Source of the DNA: Planctomycetia bacterium
Lineage (GTDB): Bacteria > Planctomycetota > Planctomycetia > JALXBF01 > JBGPMX01
Reading direction: 5' to 3'
DNA: 43,523 nucleotides
Assembly: GCA_041487215.1 (NCBI GenBank)
Contig: JBGPMX010000001.1
Location: 1-43,523 of the forward strand
The translations under genes and the position numbers were made by a program. This document shows positions 28,830-38,664 of this stretch, piece after piece; positions within the stretch are counted from its first letter, which is position 1, and each line of letters opens with the position of its first letter. Under the pieces are notes generated by a model. It made no database searches. It was not told the DNA's origin and saw only the letters and a program-made list of their open reading frames with translations.

Positions 28830-31022
28830 GTGCCTGGCAGCGGACCCAACTTACCCAGCAGCGGTGTCGACGACAGCTCGATCGGCACCATTGCGTGGAC
28901 CAACACGGGGGATGTGACCGCTGAGGACGGTAACGCCGCCACGGCGAGCCTCATCAATTCTGACGTGTCCCACTATCTGAAGATCACCGACTTCGGGCTG
29001 AACGCGCAGGGGGCGATGCTCGGCGTCTCCGTAGCGGCGAAGCGATTCGCGTCTGGCGGCATGACCATCGTGGACAAGTCCGTGAAGCTCGTTGTGGGCG
29101 GCGCCATCACCGGCACCGAGCACAAGCAGCCCGACGCCTGGCCGAGCTCACCGGGCTGGATCACCTATGGCGGCGCACTTGATCTGTGGGGCGTCGGCAG
29201 CCTCACCGTTGTCCAGGTGGTCGCGAGTGACTTCGGGATCGCCATCTCGTGCGAGTGTACCGGCGGCGGACCCGGCAGCGGAGACGCCTCAGTCGACGTG
29301 GTCACGATGACGGTCTTCTACGCGCCGATCGACTCGACCCCCCAGTTCGTCACCGAGACACTCGTCATTACCGACTCGGGCAAGGTCGGCGTCGCGGGCA
29401 CGGATTCGATTCTTTGGACCGAGTCGGGTGTGTTTGAAATCCGCCAGACGGAAAGCGTGGTCATCAGCGACCCGATCATCGACCGCGTGTTCGAAGCGAA
29501 CGAGCTGCTCACCTTTGCGGAGATTGCCTACTTCGACAACGGCCTGGTGCGGGCCGAAGGGCCGCTCGCTTTCAGCGAGACGGCCGACCGGATCGGCCAG
29601 GCAACCACCGAAGCGCTGACGCACGCCGAGGCGATCTACCTGGCGCAGGCGATCAGCCAATCGGTGATCGTCGCCGACGCGGCCGCCGTCACGCAGTCGG
29701 TCGCCACCACGGAGACGCTGACGCACTCAGAGCCCACGCCGCGCATTGCCCTGGCCGGCGTCGTCGAAGCTGTCTCGACAAGCGATTTTGCGTCACTTCA
29801 AACGGTGTTTGACGTGTCTGAAATCGCGGCTGCCACCGAGGCCGCGAGCCCGCTCCAGGCGGCCATCGCCGGGGCCGAGTTGCTGGCAGCGTCCGAGACG
29901 AGCGGCATCAGCCAGGCGGCCGCCGAGTCGCTCACCGGGGCCGAGGCGGCCGTGCTGGCGCCGGCTGCCGGCGTCACCGAGACGTGCCTGGTGATCGATG
30001 CCTTCTCCTACCCGCTGGCGATCGCCGTCCTGGGCGACACGCTGGCGATCGACGAGAGCGCGAACATCCGCCTGGCGAGCGCCGAAGCCCTCGTGGGGGC
30101 CGACGCGGCCAGCGTGGCGGCCGGAGCGGCGGCGGCCGAATCGATGGTCCTGGTCGAGGCTGCGTCGCTCCCCGTGGCCGTGCTGACTGCCGCCGATGCG
30201 ATCACGATCGAGGAGGGTTCTCCGCCCCGCATCGGCGTGGCGTCGGGCGAGAGCCCGGCCATCTCTGACACTGCGTTGCCGCTGGCCACGGCAACGACCG
30301 GAGAATCGGTCGCTGTGACTGAAGCCGCGCCCCCGCCGGGGGTCGCGCAGGCGCCGGGTGAGCTGCTCAGCGTGAGCGAAGGGTCGCCGGCCGTCGGCGT
30401 GGCGTCGGTCGAAAACCCGGCCATCACCGATGCGGCCGCGGCCCCCACGGCGTCGCTCGCCGTCGTCCAGGCGGCCGCCTTTAGCGAAGATTCGCTCGTG
30501 CAGGTCACGCACGTGCTCATCGAAGCGGCTGCCATCAGCGATGCCGGCCTGGTCGCCGCCGGCATCACGGTGGCCGACCAGGTCGTCGCCACCGTGGCCG
30601 TGCTGACCGCCGCACAGCTCGCGCCAGCGGAGTCGGTAGCAATCACCGACGCGGCAGCCGTCGCGGCCGCGATCGCCGCCACCGAGTCCGTCGCCGGCAC
30701 AGACACGGGCGTCGTTATCCTTCAGAAGGTGACCACGGAGTCCTTGGGTCTCACCGAGACTGGGGGGGTCACGGCCGCGCAGCTCTCCGTGGCCGAAGCC
30801 CTGACCGGCGTCGAATCCGTGGCACCGATCCGCGTCTCCATCACCGAGCTCGCAGCGATTGCCGATGCGGCCCTGGCGCCCGTGGCAAGACTCACGGTGG
30901 CCGAGGGGATGAATCTGGTCGAGGTTGGCACGGTCGCCGACACAACTCTCCGGATGATGATGGTGACCGCAATCCGGGTCCGGCCCGCGATCGGCGGCAC
31001 GATCACGATCCGGCCTGCTTAA
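28830..31022 (+). CDS. Large repeat-rich structural protein: globular N-terminal ~190 aa followed by ~500 aa of degenerate Ala/Thr/Glu/Ser short repeats
   Basis: GTG at 28830 inside track ORF 28767..31022. The N-terminus reads SSIGTIAWTNTGDVTAEDGNAATASL. Many units follow of the type xE(S/A)hxhx(D/E)AAxx (TESLGLTETGGVTAAQLSVAEALTGVESVAP...). Confidence 0.55.
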   Translation: MPGSGPNLPSSGVDDSSIGTIAWTNTGDVTAEDGNAATASLINSDVSHYLKITDFGLNAQGAMLGVSVAAKRFASGGMTIVDKSVKLVVGGAITGTEHKQPDAWPSSPGWITYGGALDLWGVGSLTVVQVVASDFGIAISCECTGGGPGSGDASVDVVTMTVFYAPIDSTPQFVTETLVITDSGKVGVAGTDSILWTESGVFEIRQTESVVISDPIIDRVFEANELLTFAEIAYFDNGLVRAEGPLAFSETADRIGQATTEALTHAEAIYLAQAISQSVIVADAAAVTQSVATTETLTHSEPTPRIALAGVVEAVSTSDFASLQTVFDVSEIAAATEAASPLQAAIAGAELLAASETSGISQAAAESLTGAEAAVLAPAAGVTETCLVIDAFSYPLAIAVLGDTLAIDESANIRLASAEALVGADAASVAAGAAAAESMVLVEAASLPVAVLTAADAITIEEGSPPRIGVASGESPAISDTALPLATATTGESVAVTEAAPPPGVAQAPGELLSVSEGSPAVGVASVENPAITDAAAAPTASLAVVQAAAFSEDSLVQVTHVLIEAAAISDAGLVAAGITVADQVVATVAVLTAAQLAPAESVAITDAAAVAAAIAATESVAGTDTGVVILQKVTTESLGLTETGGVTAAQLSVAEALTGVESVAPIRVSITELAAIADAALAPVARLTVAEGMNLVEVGTVADTTLRMMMVTAIRVRPAIGGTITIRPA

Positions 31023-31040
31023 AAGAAAGGAGCTGACCCC

Positions 31041-31529
31041 GTGCACATCAGCGTCTCGATCCGTGGCCGGCGGCGGTCGGTCCACGTGGTGTTTTCCGTC
31101 CCGGAGTTCGAAGCACTCGCGATCGGCCAAACGCTCGCCGGTGACGGCGGCGTGCTCATAGTGAGCCAGCTCGAGCGCCCCGACATTAAAGTCCCGTACC
31201 TGCTGATCGAGAAAGATGGGAGCGCGACCGTGCTCCTACCGGCCGACCAGGTCGATCAGCTGCGGAAAAAGGGAAGATGCAAGATCGAGGCGATGGACTG
31301 GCCGCCCGAGGACCTCTGCCCCCGCTGCCATCGCCCCGTCGAGGCAAATCATGCGTTCTGCCCCGGCTGCGCAACGCCGTTCGATCCCGTGCGAGCGGAA
31401 ACCCCACTCAGCTTCGGCGACACGATCAGGTACATTGCCGAAGACTGGGAAGACCGTTTCGGCGGCGCGCCCAAGGTGGAAGAGGCGCCCGACGAAGCGG
31501 AAGCCACGGAAGGAGCAACAACGCCATGA
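31041..31529 (+). CDS. Hypothetical protein with a zinc-ribbon motif
   Basis: CPRCHRPVEANHAFCPGCATPF. The GTG start follows AAAGGAG. Confidence 0.5.
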   Translation: MHISVSIRGRRRSVHVVFSVPEFEALAIGQTLAGDGGVLIVSQLERPDIKVPYLLIEKDGSATVLLPADQVDQLRKKGRCKIEAMDWPPEDLCPRCHRPVEANHAFCPGCATPFDPVRAETPLSFGDTIRYIAEDWEDRFGGAPKVEEAPDEAEATEGATTP

Positions 31530-32284
31530 TTCTGCTGAACCTGTCGCCCGAGATGCAGTCGCCCTATTTCACTCGCCGGACGGCGCAGAGCCGGCTGTCG
31601 GCCGGCGATCCGGGCCGGCGCCTTCTCCTCATCCCCGACAACGCGCGGCTGCGCTTCCGCTGGGACCTGGAGTGCTGGCCCACGATCGAAGAAAACATCC
31701 CCTCTGCCGTGCTGCGCGCGAACCCGAAGCGATTCGGTAAGCCGCTGCGCATCAGCGACCCGTCCCTCCTGAGCTACCTGGAGCCGCGACGCGTCATGGT
31801 CAAGGTGCTCGGCTGGGATGAGGAGGCCGACCCGCACTGGAAGTACGCTGACCTGTACTCGCTGCTCGGCCTGCGCCCCGGCCAGCCGCTGCGCTATGAC
31901 GCCGGTCTGAACCTGGTCACCGACGCCGGGGAAAATATCACGGCGAAGCTGCTCACGGGCAACGCCGAGACTGCGCTCAACAACGCCAACGCTTACCTGG
32001 GCGTGTCGAGCGACAGCACGGCTGCCGCCGAGACGGATACGAGCATCCCCTCGGCCACCTGGCGGCCGATGAACGCCACCTACCCGGTGAACCCGTCCGG
32101 ATCGTCGTTCACCCTGCAGTCGGACTACACGAGCGGCCTGGGCAACTTTGCGTGGAATCGCTGGGGCATCGGCAACGGCAGCAACCCCGGCACCACCGGA
32201 CGCCTGTTCAGCAACAAGACGGAATCACTCGGCACCAAGAGCGGCGGCACGTGGACGCTCAGCGCGACGCCGTCGATCGATTAA
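31526..32284 (+). CDS. Hypothetical virion protein (252 aa)
   Basis: The ATG at 31526 overlaps the upstream stop (ATGA). It lies inside track ORF 31277..32284. Confidence 0.5.
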   Translation: MILLNLSPEMQSPYFTRRTAQSRLSAGDPGRRLLLIPDNARLRFRWDLECWPTIEENIPSAVLRANPKRFGKPLRISDPSLLSYLEPRRVMVKVLGWDEEADPHWKYADLYSLLGLRPGQPLRYDAGLNLVTDAGENITAKLLTGNAETALNNANAYLGVSSDSTAAAETDTSIPSATWRPMNATYPVNPSGSSFTLQSDYTSGLGNFAWNRWGIGNGSNPGTTGRLFSNKTESLGTKSGGTWTLSATPSID

Positions 32285-32309
32285 ACCCGGCGGGGAAAGG
32301 TGCGGATGG

Positions 32310-32627
32310 ATGCGGCAGGTCATCTACATCGGCAACGACAACCTGATCGAGGCGGATGGCCTGAAGGACGCGGCAGCGGCGGCTGTGTATCTCAACGTGG
32401 CCACGCTCACCGCCACGCTGCAGGACGCGAACGGCGCGCCGGTGTCCGGCGCGTCGAACATCGCGCTCTCGTACGTCGCGAATTCGAACGGCAAATACCA
32501 GGGCAACCTTGAGGACACGGTGGTGATCACAGACGGCACGGATTACACGCTGGTGCTCGACGCGGCATCCGGCGGCCTCAAGGGGCACTGGGAGATCCCG
32601 TGCACGGCCAGGATCAGGAGATCGTAG
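32310..32627 (+). CDS. Hypothetical beta-rich protein (105 aa)
   Basis: ATG at 32310 inside track ORF 32148..32627. Confidence 0.45.
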   Translation: MRQVIYIGNDNLIEADGLKDAAAAAVYLNVATLTATLQDANGAPVSGASNIALSYVANSNGKYQGNLEDTVVITDGTDYTLVLDAASGGLKGHWEIPCTARIRRS

Positions 32628-32630
32628 CCC

Positions 32631-33092
32631 GTGGCCTATTCGGCGACCGGAGACCTCTTGGAGCGGCTGAGCCAGCAGGGCTCGGCGCATTTCCTCGACC
32701 GTGACGGTGACGGCGTGCTGAACGCCGCCGAGCTGAAGATCGTGACCGACTCGATCACGCTGGCGGACGGCATGATCGACGGGATACTGGCCGCCGGCGG
32801 CAGAAAGGTGCTCACGCCCGGCCCGGTCATCAAGCGGATCTCGGTCAGCTTCGCGCTCCTGGACGCCTGCAGGAGAATGGGCCAGGACGCCGCCTGGCTC
32901 GTCGCCGATGCAAAGGACATGTACGCACTACTAGCAAAAGTCGCCGGTGGAGATCTCAGGCCCGGTGTGCCGGGTGGAGCGGCCGAGGTCGTCCCAGCCA
33001 CAAGCACGAACCCCGGCCCCGTGGTGAGTAATCCACAGGTCGTGCCGGGCGTCGGCATCACCTGGCCGCGCTCGGAAAAAACGCAGCCCTGA
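32631..33092 (+). CDS. Mu gp36-like (DUF1320) head-tail connector protein
   Basis: MAYSATGDLLERLSQQGSAHFLDRDGDGVLNAAELKIVTDSITLADGMIDGIL follows the DUF1320 N-terminal pattern (MaYat..Dl..r.g...l..LtDrd......vv..Al.dA...IDgYL). Confidence 0.55.
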   Translation: MAYSATGDLLERLSQQGSAHFLDRDGDGVLNAAELKIVTDSITLADGMIDGILAAGGRKVLTPGPVIKRISVSFALLDACRRMGQDAAWLVADAKDMYALLAKVAGGDLRPGVPGGAAEVVPATSTNPGPVVSNPQVVPGVGITWPRSEKTQP

Positions 33093-33104
33093 AAGGAGCA
33101 ACGG

Positions 33105-33527
33105 ATGCCAGGACGTAACCCGATCATCGGCGAGCTCGTCGACAGCGTGCTCGACGAAGCACAGGAGCTCATTGCCGCCAAGGCCGGCCCGCGATGGCCG
33201 ACGCGCAATGGGCTGCTCTTTATGAACGCGGACGCGGCGGCCGCCGCGAAGAAGGCAGCGGCGACGGCGCCGCCCGAGAAGATCCAGGAGCTCGCTCGGC
33301 ACTTCGTTGCCGAGCTGGCCGAGCTGGGCGCGTCGCTCCCCGACAAGCCGGCCGACGAGCCGGCGGCCGGCACCGTGGCGAAGAAGCCCGGCATCTGGCG
33401 GGTGAAGGAGGACGGCGGCGAGGAGTGGATCGGCAGCGACGTGTCGTCGCTGCCCGCCTTGGCCGCCCCTGTTCGGCGTGTGTCTCCTGCCCCCGCCGCC
33501 GGTCCCCCGGCCACGGAAACGAAGTAG
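33105..33527 (+). CDS. Hypothetical protein (140 aa, Ala/Pro-rich)
   Basis: Track ORF that fits the gap in the + strand gene series. Confidence 0.4.
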   Translation: MPGRNPIIGELVDSVLDEAQELIAAKAGPRWPTRNGLLFMNADAAAAAKKAAATAPPEKIQELARHFVAELAELGASLPDKPADEPAAGTVAKKPGIWRVKEDGGEEWIGSDVSSLPALAAPVRRVSPAPAAGPPATETK

Positions 33528-33536
33528 CGGAGGCTC

Positions 33537-34088
33537 GTGATGGGCAACTTCCTCGAAGCCGCACGCGATGCGCTCTGGCGATCGATTCGCGAGTACGAGC
33601 CACTCAAGGGCGGCGGCGAGGGCGGCATCGAAGGCACGATCTTCCGCAAGGTATACATGTGGAACGAAGATCAGGCCGAGGTCCGCTTCGACAAGCTCCC
33701 GCCGCCGGCCGCCTTGATGCCGGCACTTTCCATCCGCACGGGGGCCAGCACCGAGGGCTGGGAGACGCACGGCAACGAGCTGATCAAACAGGCGGTGCGA
33801 ATCAGGCTGTGGACGGCGTACCACAACCAGTCGCGAGCCGAGCAACTGTGGCAGTGGATCTGGGAGTCGATCCAGCAGGTGCCAGTTAAGGATCGCCCGT
33901 ACCTCAAAGACGTGTTGGGCACGCGATCGATCAGTACGACGTTTCCAACGATCGTCTTCTCCAAGACTGATTACAGCTACCAGCGACTCGAGGAGGGAGT
34001 GTTCGAGGAGACGGACGGTGTGCCGTGCACGGAGATGGAATTCGACGTGATCGCCGAACACCGTAAGGACCCGAGGACTTCGAACTGA
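33537..34088 (+). CDS. Hypothetical head-tail joining or tail completion candidate (183 aa)
   Basis: Track ORF. The call rests only on its position between the connector gene and the tail tube gene. Confidence 0.45.
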   Translation: MMGNFLEAARDALWRSIREYEPLKGGGEGGIEGTIFRKVYMWNEDQAEVRFDKLPPPAALMPALSIRTGASTEGWETHGNELIKQAVRIRLWTAYHNQSRAEQLWQWIWESIQQVPVKDRPYLKDVLGTRSISTTFPTIVFSKTDYSYQRLEEGVFEETDGVPCTEMEFDVIAEHRKDPRTSN

Positions 34089-34102
34089 AAGGAAGGCCGG
34101 CC

Positions 34103-34456
34103 ATGACCGGATCTGTGATGCGGGCGAAGGGGAACTTGATCGAGGCCGCGCGGGAGGCGTCGGCCATCCTGGATGCCTTGCATCCTGGCAAGGGCATGTA
34201 CGACGCCAAGCTGCTCCTGCACGACGCCGTGGCCGAGCTCAACGAGGCGGAGCAGGAGGACAAGGCAAAGCGAGACGCGGAGCTCGCGGAGAAGGCGAAG
34301 CACGATGCCGAGCACCGGGCCAAGGCATTCCACCGTTCGGATCGCGTTCATCACGACCCGGTCGATCGCGCGTCCGAGGATTCGTTCCCGGCGAGCGATG
34401 CGCCGGCCGGTCCAGTTACCGGCGTGGGAGCCACGGGCCCCGACGCCGGCGAATGA
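34103..34456 (+). CDS. Hypothetical helical charged protein (117 aa)
   Basis: Track ORF. Confidence 0.4.
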   Translation: MTGSVMRAKGNLIEAAREASAILDALHPGKGMYDAKLLLHDAVAELNEAEQEDKAKRDAELAEKAKHDAEHRAKAFHRSDRVHHDPVDRASEDSFPASDAPAGPVTGVGATGPDAGE

Positions 34457-34485
34457 ACACCCGCAAACGGAAATGATGTTTGTGG

Positions 34486-34525
34486 TGCAGCCGTCCCGGC
34501 TGCAATCAGCAGGCGGGACGCCTGC
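34486..34525 (+). promoter_or_regulatory. Two 7-bp-stem hairpins in the 5-prime leader of the tail tube gene
   Basis: TGCAGCC-GTCCC-GGCTGCA is at 34486-34504. GCAGGCG-GGA-CGCCTGC is at 34509-34525. AAGGAGG follows at 34531-34537. Confidence 0.45.
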
Positions 34526-34542
34526 ACCCCAAGGAGGTCGCC

Positions 34543-35484
34543 ATGACCGTTGAGACGATGGGCTATGAGGAATATTTATTCCTCGGCGAGGAGGCCGCCT
34601 TCGGCGTGGTTGCCCCCGCGCTCAGCTACTGCCTCGCCGAAGACTACAGCGTGAAGGCGGGGCCCACGGACCTCGACCTAGAGGAGCACCTCGGGCAACC
34701 CGACGTCGTGGACGATGCGCCGGACAAATGCCCGGTCACCGGCGCCATCAAAGGCAACGCCTACGGCCTCGGTCCCGTGACGCTCGAACAGATCTGGACC
34801 TGGGCATATACTCGAACTACGGGGCAACTCAAGTCTCTCACCGGCGAGTGGGGCGGCGCCATCGATCCGGTGCGACATCTCGGTCTACGAATAAACGACC
34901 TGACCATCGAAGCGTCGGCCGACTCACCGATCGTGAAGTGGACGGCGACCGTGATCGGTCGAGACGAAGTCCCGCTCGGCGCTGCCCAGGCCGTCCCCGA
35001 CCCCTCGCCATACAGCGACAGCAGTGTCACGCGCGCAGCTGGCCCGATGGAATTCCAGGACGGCGCGTCGCTCTTCCTGATCGACGCGGTGGCCACCAAG
35101 GTCGCCGGCTGGAAGCTGATGCTCAAAAACAACATCGACAGCTGGTACCTCGGCGACAAAAGCGCGGGCTACCCCGAATACCAAATCATCACCAACTCCA
35201 AGCCGGGCCGGCGTGTAATCTCGGGCGAGATTACGCTCGTCCCCGCGACCAACGCGTTCGAGACTCGCGTGCGCGGCCGCACCCGATGGACCGCCCAGAT
35301 CGGCGTACGCGGCTACAAAACCTCCGTGCTCGATCGCCAGGGCCTCTTCAACATCGCGAGCTGCCTGCCGCGCGGGTTCAACCCGCAGAAGGCACTCGAT
35401 AAAGCCGGCCGGCTGACCATCCCGTTCGGCTCGCGCAAGTCGGGCTCGACGGCCATCATCACGGCGGGCTGGAGCGACGTCTAA
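34543..35484 (+). CDS. Major tail (tube) protein candidate
   Basis: The ATG at 34543 lies 5 nt after AAGGAGG. It is 313 aa and lies two genes upstream of the tape measure gene. No sheath gene is present. The call rests on position and size. Confidence 0.55.
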   Translation: MTVETMGYEEYLFLGEEAAFGVVAPALSYCLAEDYSVKAGPTDLDLEEHLGQPDVVDDAPDKCPVTGAIKGNAYGLGPVTLEQIWTWAYTRTTGQLKSLTGEWGGAIDPVRHLGLRINDLTIEASADSPIVKWTATVIGRDEVPLGAAQAVPDPSPYSDSSVTRAAGPMEFQDGASLFLIDAVATKVAGWKLMLKNNIDSWYLGDKSAGYPEYQIITNSKPGRRVISGEITLVPATNAFETRVRGRTRWTAQIGVRGYKTSVLDRQGLFNIASCLPRGFNPQKALDKAGRLTIPFGSRKSGSTAIITAGWSDV

Positions 35485-35493
35485 TCCCGAGCC

Positions 35494-36273
35494 ATGCTCA
35501 AAGTCACCTACGATGCATCGCGTGCGGAAAAGAAGATTGCCACGGCGAAGAAGGTAGCCAACGGCGACGACGGCCGGCTGCGCCCCGCCTGGCGTGCCGC
35601 CGGCCTATCGCTCCTCGGCGACGTCCGCAGCGCGTACAAGCTCAAGGCTCGTGGCGAGACCGACGAGGCCGGGATCAAGTGGCCGCCCGACTCTCCAATC
35701 ACCCTGCTCCTGCGCCGTGGGCCAAAAATCGGATCGTGGGCAGAGCTCGAAGGGCAGAAGACGGAGGTCGGCCGCGATGAGAACACGCTCTACGGATCGC
35801 TCTCCTTCGGTGAGCCGGGGAACGTGTTTGAGGTCACCAACCTGGACGTTACGGTTGGAACGAACACCGAGCATGCCGAGCGGTTCCACGCGGGCGGCGA
35901 GACGAGCGGCGACGGGTTCATCATGACGCCGGAGATGTACCAGCGAGTCCGGCAGCGGGTGGCGAAGCCGCGCAAGCTGACCAAGCGCCAGCGAGTCGCC
36001 ATCCGAAAGCATGGCAAGTCAAAGTCTGTGAAGTCAGCTATTGCACGCGGCGTGACTGCAGCCACCGTGGACCCGCAACGGGAGCTGCGCGACTTCAACC
36101 GTCAGGTGTTTGGCATCCTCTTCGGCATGGAAGCCAAGGGCGCCATGCCAACGCAGCCGGCCCGCCCAATCGTCCCCACCCGGAGCTCCGTGCCGTCTGC
36201 CTGGATCAAGCGGGCACGCGACGCCTTTAACGGTGTCTTAAAGGCTGTTCTGAAGGCGGTTGATAATGGCTAA
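35494..36273 (+). CDS. Virion morphogenesis/tail completion protein (Mu G / P2 S family-like) with a basic C-terminal extension
   Basis: IKWPPDSPITLLLRRG...TLYGSLSFGEPGNVFEVTNLDVTVGTNTEHAERFHAGGE matches the Phage_tail_S pattern (W.pl...T...K...iL..tG.L..S......v.vGtn..YA..h..Gg). It overlaps the tape measure start by 8 nt. Confidence 0.5.
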   Translation: MLKVTYDASRAEKKIATAKKVANGDDGRLRPAWRAAGLSLLGDVRSAYKLKARGETDEAGIKWPPDSPITLLLRRGPKIGSWAELEGQKTEVGRDENTLYGSLSFGEPGNVFEVTNLDVTVGTNTEHAERFHAGGETSGDGFIMTPEMYQRVRQRVAKPRKLTKRQRVAIRKHGKSKSVKSAIARGVTAATVDPQRELRDFNRQVFGILFGMEAKGAMPTQPARPIVPTRSSVPSAWIKRARDAFNGVLKAVLKAVDNG

Positions 36274-38662
36274 AGACGTCACCCTGTCAATGGGCGGGGA
36301 CAACCGCGAGGCGGACGACGCGCTCGACAAGACCAGAACCAAGATGGGGCAGACCGGCGAGGCGGCAAAACAGCTCGGCGATGCCGTCCAGCAGGCGAAC
36401 CGGCAGGCGGCAGCCGCCACGGTCGGCGACGAAGGCCCCGACTTCGGCGGGCTCGGCAAGAGCTCAAAAAAGGCGGCGTCCCAGGTCGAGCGGCTGGGAT
36501 TCGCTCTCAGCGGTCTCGCCACCGGCCAGGTAGATCTCCATGAGTTCACGATCATTCTGAAGGACGTGACGGGCTCCTTCGGTGCGCTTGCCACCACAGC
36601 CGGAAAGGCCGGCGGCGCCGTCGGCGCTCTCGCACCCGTCCTCTCAACTGTGGCCGGGCTCGCCGGACCGATCGGCATCGCGGTCGCTGCCGGATCGGCT
36701 CTATTCGCCATTTGGAAGGGCCTCAACCATGCGATCGAGGAAACCCCGAAAAAGCTCGACGAGACCGCAAAACGGCTCGAGTTACTGAAACAGCAGGCCG
36801 AGCAAATCGAGGCCGCGCTCGGCCGCGCGTTCGCCCCCAAAGGCGCGGACACCACGACGAACGTTTTCAAGGGTCTACTCGCTACGGCGAACAAGGCCGG
36901 ACCGTTCGGCGTGCCCGACGTGGGTATCCACGGTGTGATCGAGGCGCTCACGCAGACTCACGTCGAGATGCTGAAGCGACGGGGCGCCAAGCCGTCAGAA
37001 GAGAGCGTGGGAGAAATCCGGAAGGATACAGCCAAATTACTCGAAGACGCCGCGGCCGGGCTACTGATGGCGCAAGAGCGAGCTCGCGACCTGTTCCTCC
37101 AGATGCATCGGTTCACGGGTAAACCATTCGAGGCCGGCCCCGGCATCGTCGAGGGCGCCGCTCAAGTCCAGAAGCTGTTTGAAGACGCGCGGGCACAGGT
37201 GCGCAAACAGGGCAAGGATGAGATAGCCAAAGCGAAGGCCGAGGAGGATCGCAAACGGCAAGAAGAAGAGGACAAGAAGGCTGAGGCGGAAAAGCGTGAG
37301 CAGGAGAAGCGAGAGTCCGAGCAACTGGATCAGGCGTTCCGCGACGTGGTCCAGGCAACAAAGGCTGGCCTACCGCTCGAAGCCGTGTTCAACGATTTGA
37401 CGCAGGCGCTCCGGCAAGAAGGCAGATCGGACGATGGCATCATCGGCGTAATAGAGTCAATCCGCAAACGGCTCAAGGAGCAGGAACAGGGCCTGGCCGG
37501 GCTCAATCGCGTGTTCGAACAGCGACTCGATGAGGCACGCGCACAGCATGATCGCGAAGTGGCCGACCGCCAGGCCGAAGAGAAGGAACGGCAGGAGCAA
37601 GCTCAGAAGGATCAGGCGGTCATCGCCGACCACTTACAAGAGGTCGTCTCGCTCCTGGAAAAACTCAACGGCGACAAGGGTGCGGCGGCAGAACGGGTCG
37701 CGAAGGCGTTCGAGCATATCGGGCTGACACCGGAGCGCGCGGCCGATGATGCCGGCAAAGCCGTCGCGCGAGCCGGAGAGGTGATCGAACAGCAACAGCT
37801 CGCTCGCGGTTTTGGCCGTGCCATCCGCACCGCCACGGGCGATCAGGGGTTCGGTGAGCGATTCGCCGAGGAGACCCGCGCCGCCCGAGCCAAGAAGGGT
37901 GCAGCCCTCACGCCCGCTGAAGTCAACGACATTCGCAAGGGCCTGCGCGACCAGATCCGCACCGATGCGAAAGAGGAGTTCGACGCCCTCAAAGGTTCGC
38001 AGGCCAAGCGACGTCAAGAAGCGGCCGAGGAAAAGGGAGCCCCTCTCGGGCCCAAGGAGCTGGCTGATCTGGCGCGCAAAGACGCCGAGGAGCGCCGAGA
38101 CCTCGCCAAGAAGTTCGGACCGATCGCCCCCGCACCGCCTGCAGGCGATCGAGGGCAGCGACTCCGCCGACCAGCCGAAGAGGGCCCCGATTCCTTCGAC
38201 ACCAGAGTACGCGAGGCCGTCCGCGCGTTCCGCGAAGAGCACGGTGTCGGTCCAAACGCGAGCGACTTGGAAGAACTGAAGAAAAACGTGCTCGATGAAG
38301 TCCTGGCTGGCCTGGGGGAAAAGCAAACCCAGCGGCGAGAAAAAATGGAAGTAGCACGCGGGCGCCCACTGAACCCCGCAGAAAAGGCGCGACTCGATCG
38401 GCAGGAGGAGTTTGAACGCGCCGCGCTGGCCTTGAAAAAGCCGAGTGAAACCGACGCGGAACAAATCAAGGACAAGGTAGGCGACGGGACCGACGCGGCG
38501 CGGGAGGCAGCACAGAATTTTGCGGCTCTCGCCAACACGATGGTCGGAGGGTTTGCCCAACTTGCCGCCGCGATAGTGAGTATGGGCGATGTCGCCGTGG
38601 GCGCAGGAAACGCACTAGAGGACATCCGCGCACAGATTCCGGGGCCGGGAACCATGAGGTAA
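36266..38662 (+). CDS. Tail tape measure protein
   Basis: It is ~800 aa. A hydrophobic Gly/Ala segment reads GAVGALAPVLSTVAGLAGPIGIAVAAGSALFAIW. A long charged coiled-coil region follows. The position is typical. Confidence 0.8.
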   Translation: MAKDVTLSMGGDNREADDALDKTRTKMGQTGEAAKQLGDAVQQANRQAAAATVGDEGPDFGGLGKSSKKAASQVERLGFALSGLATGQVDLHEFTIILKDVTGSFGALATTAGKAGGAVGALAPVLSTVAGLAGPIGIAVAAGSALFAIWKGLNHAIEETPKKLDETAKRLELLKQQAEQIEAALGRAFAPKGADTTTNVFKGLLATANKAGPFGVPDVGIHGVIEALTQTHVEMLKRRGAKPSEESVGEIRKDTAKLLEDAAAGLLMAQERARDLFLQMHRFTGKPFEAGPGIVEGAAQVQKLFEDARAQVRKQGKDEIAKAKAEEDRKRQEEEDKKAEAEKREQEKRESEQLDQAFRDVVQATKAGLPLEAVFNDLTQALRQEGRSDDGIIGVIESIRKRLKEQEQGLAGLNRVFEQRLDEARAQHDREVADRQAEEKERQEQAQKDQAVIADHLQEVVSLLEKLNGDKGAAAERVAKAFEHIGLTPERAADDAGKAVARAGEVIEQQQLARGFGRAIRTATGDQGFGERFAEETRAARAKKGAALTPAEVNDIRKGLRDQIRTDAKEEFDALKGSQAKRRQEAAEEKGAPLGPKELADLARKDAEERRDLAKKFGPIAPAPPAGDRGQRLRRPAEEGPDSFDTRVREAVRAFREEHGVGPNASDLEELKKNVLDEVLAGLGEKQTQRREKMEVARGRPLNPAEKARLDRQEEFERAALALKKPSETDAEQIKDKVGDGTDAAREAAQNFAALANTMVGGFAQLAAAIVSMGDVAVGAGNALEDIRAQIPGPGTMR

Positions 38663-38664
38663 GA

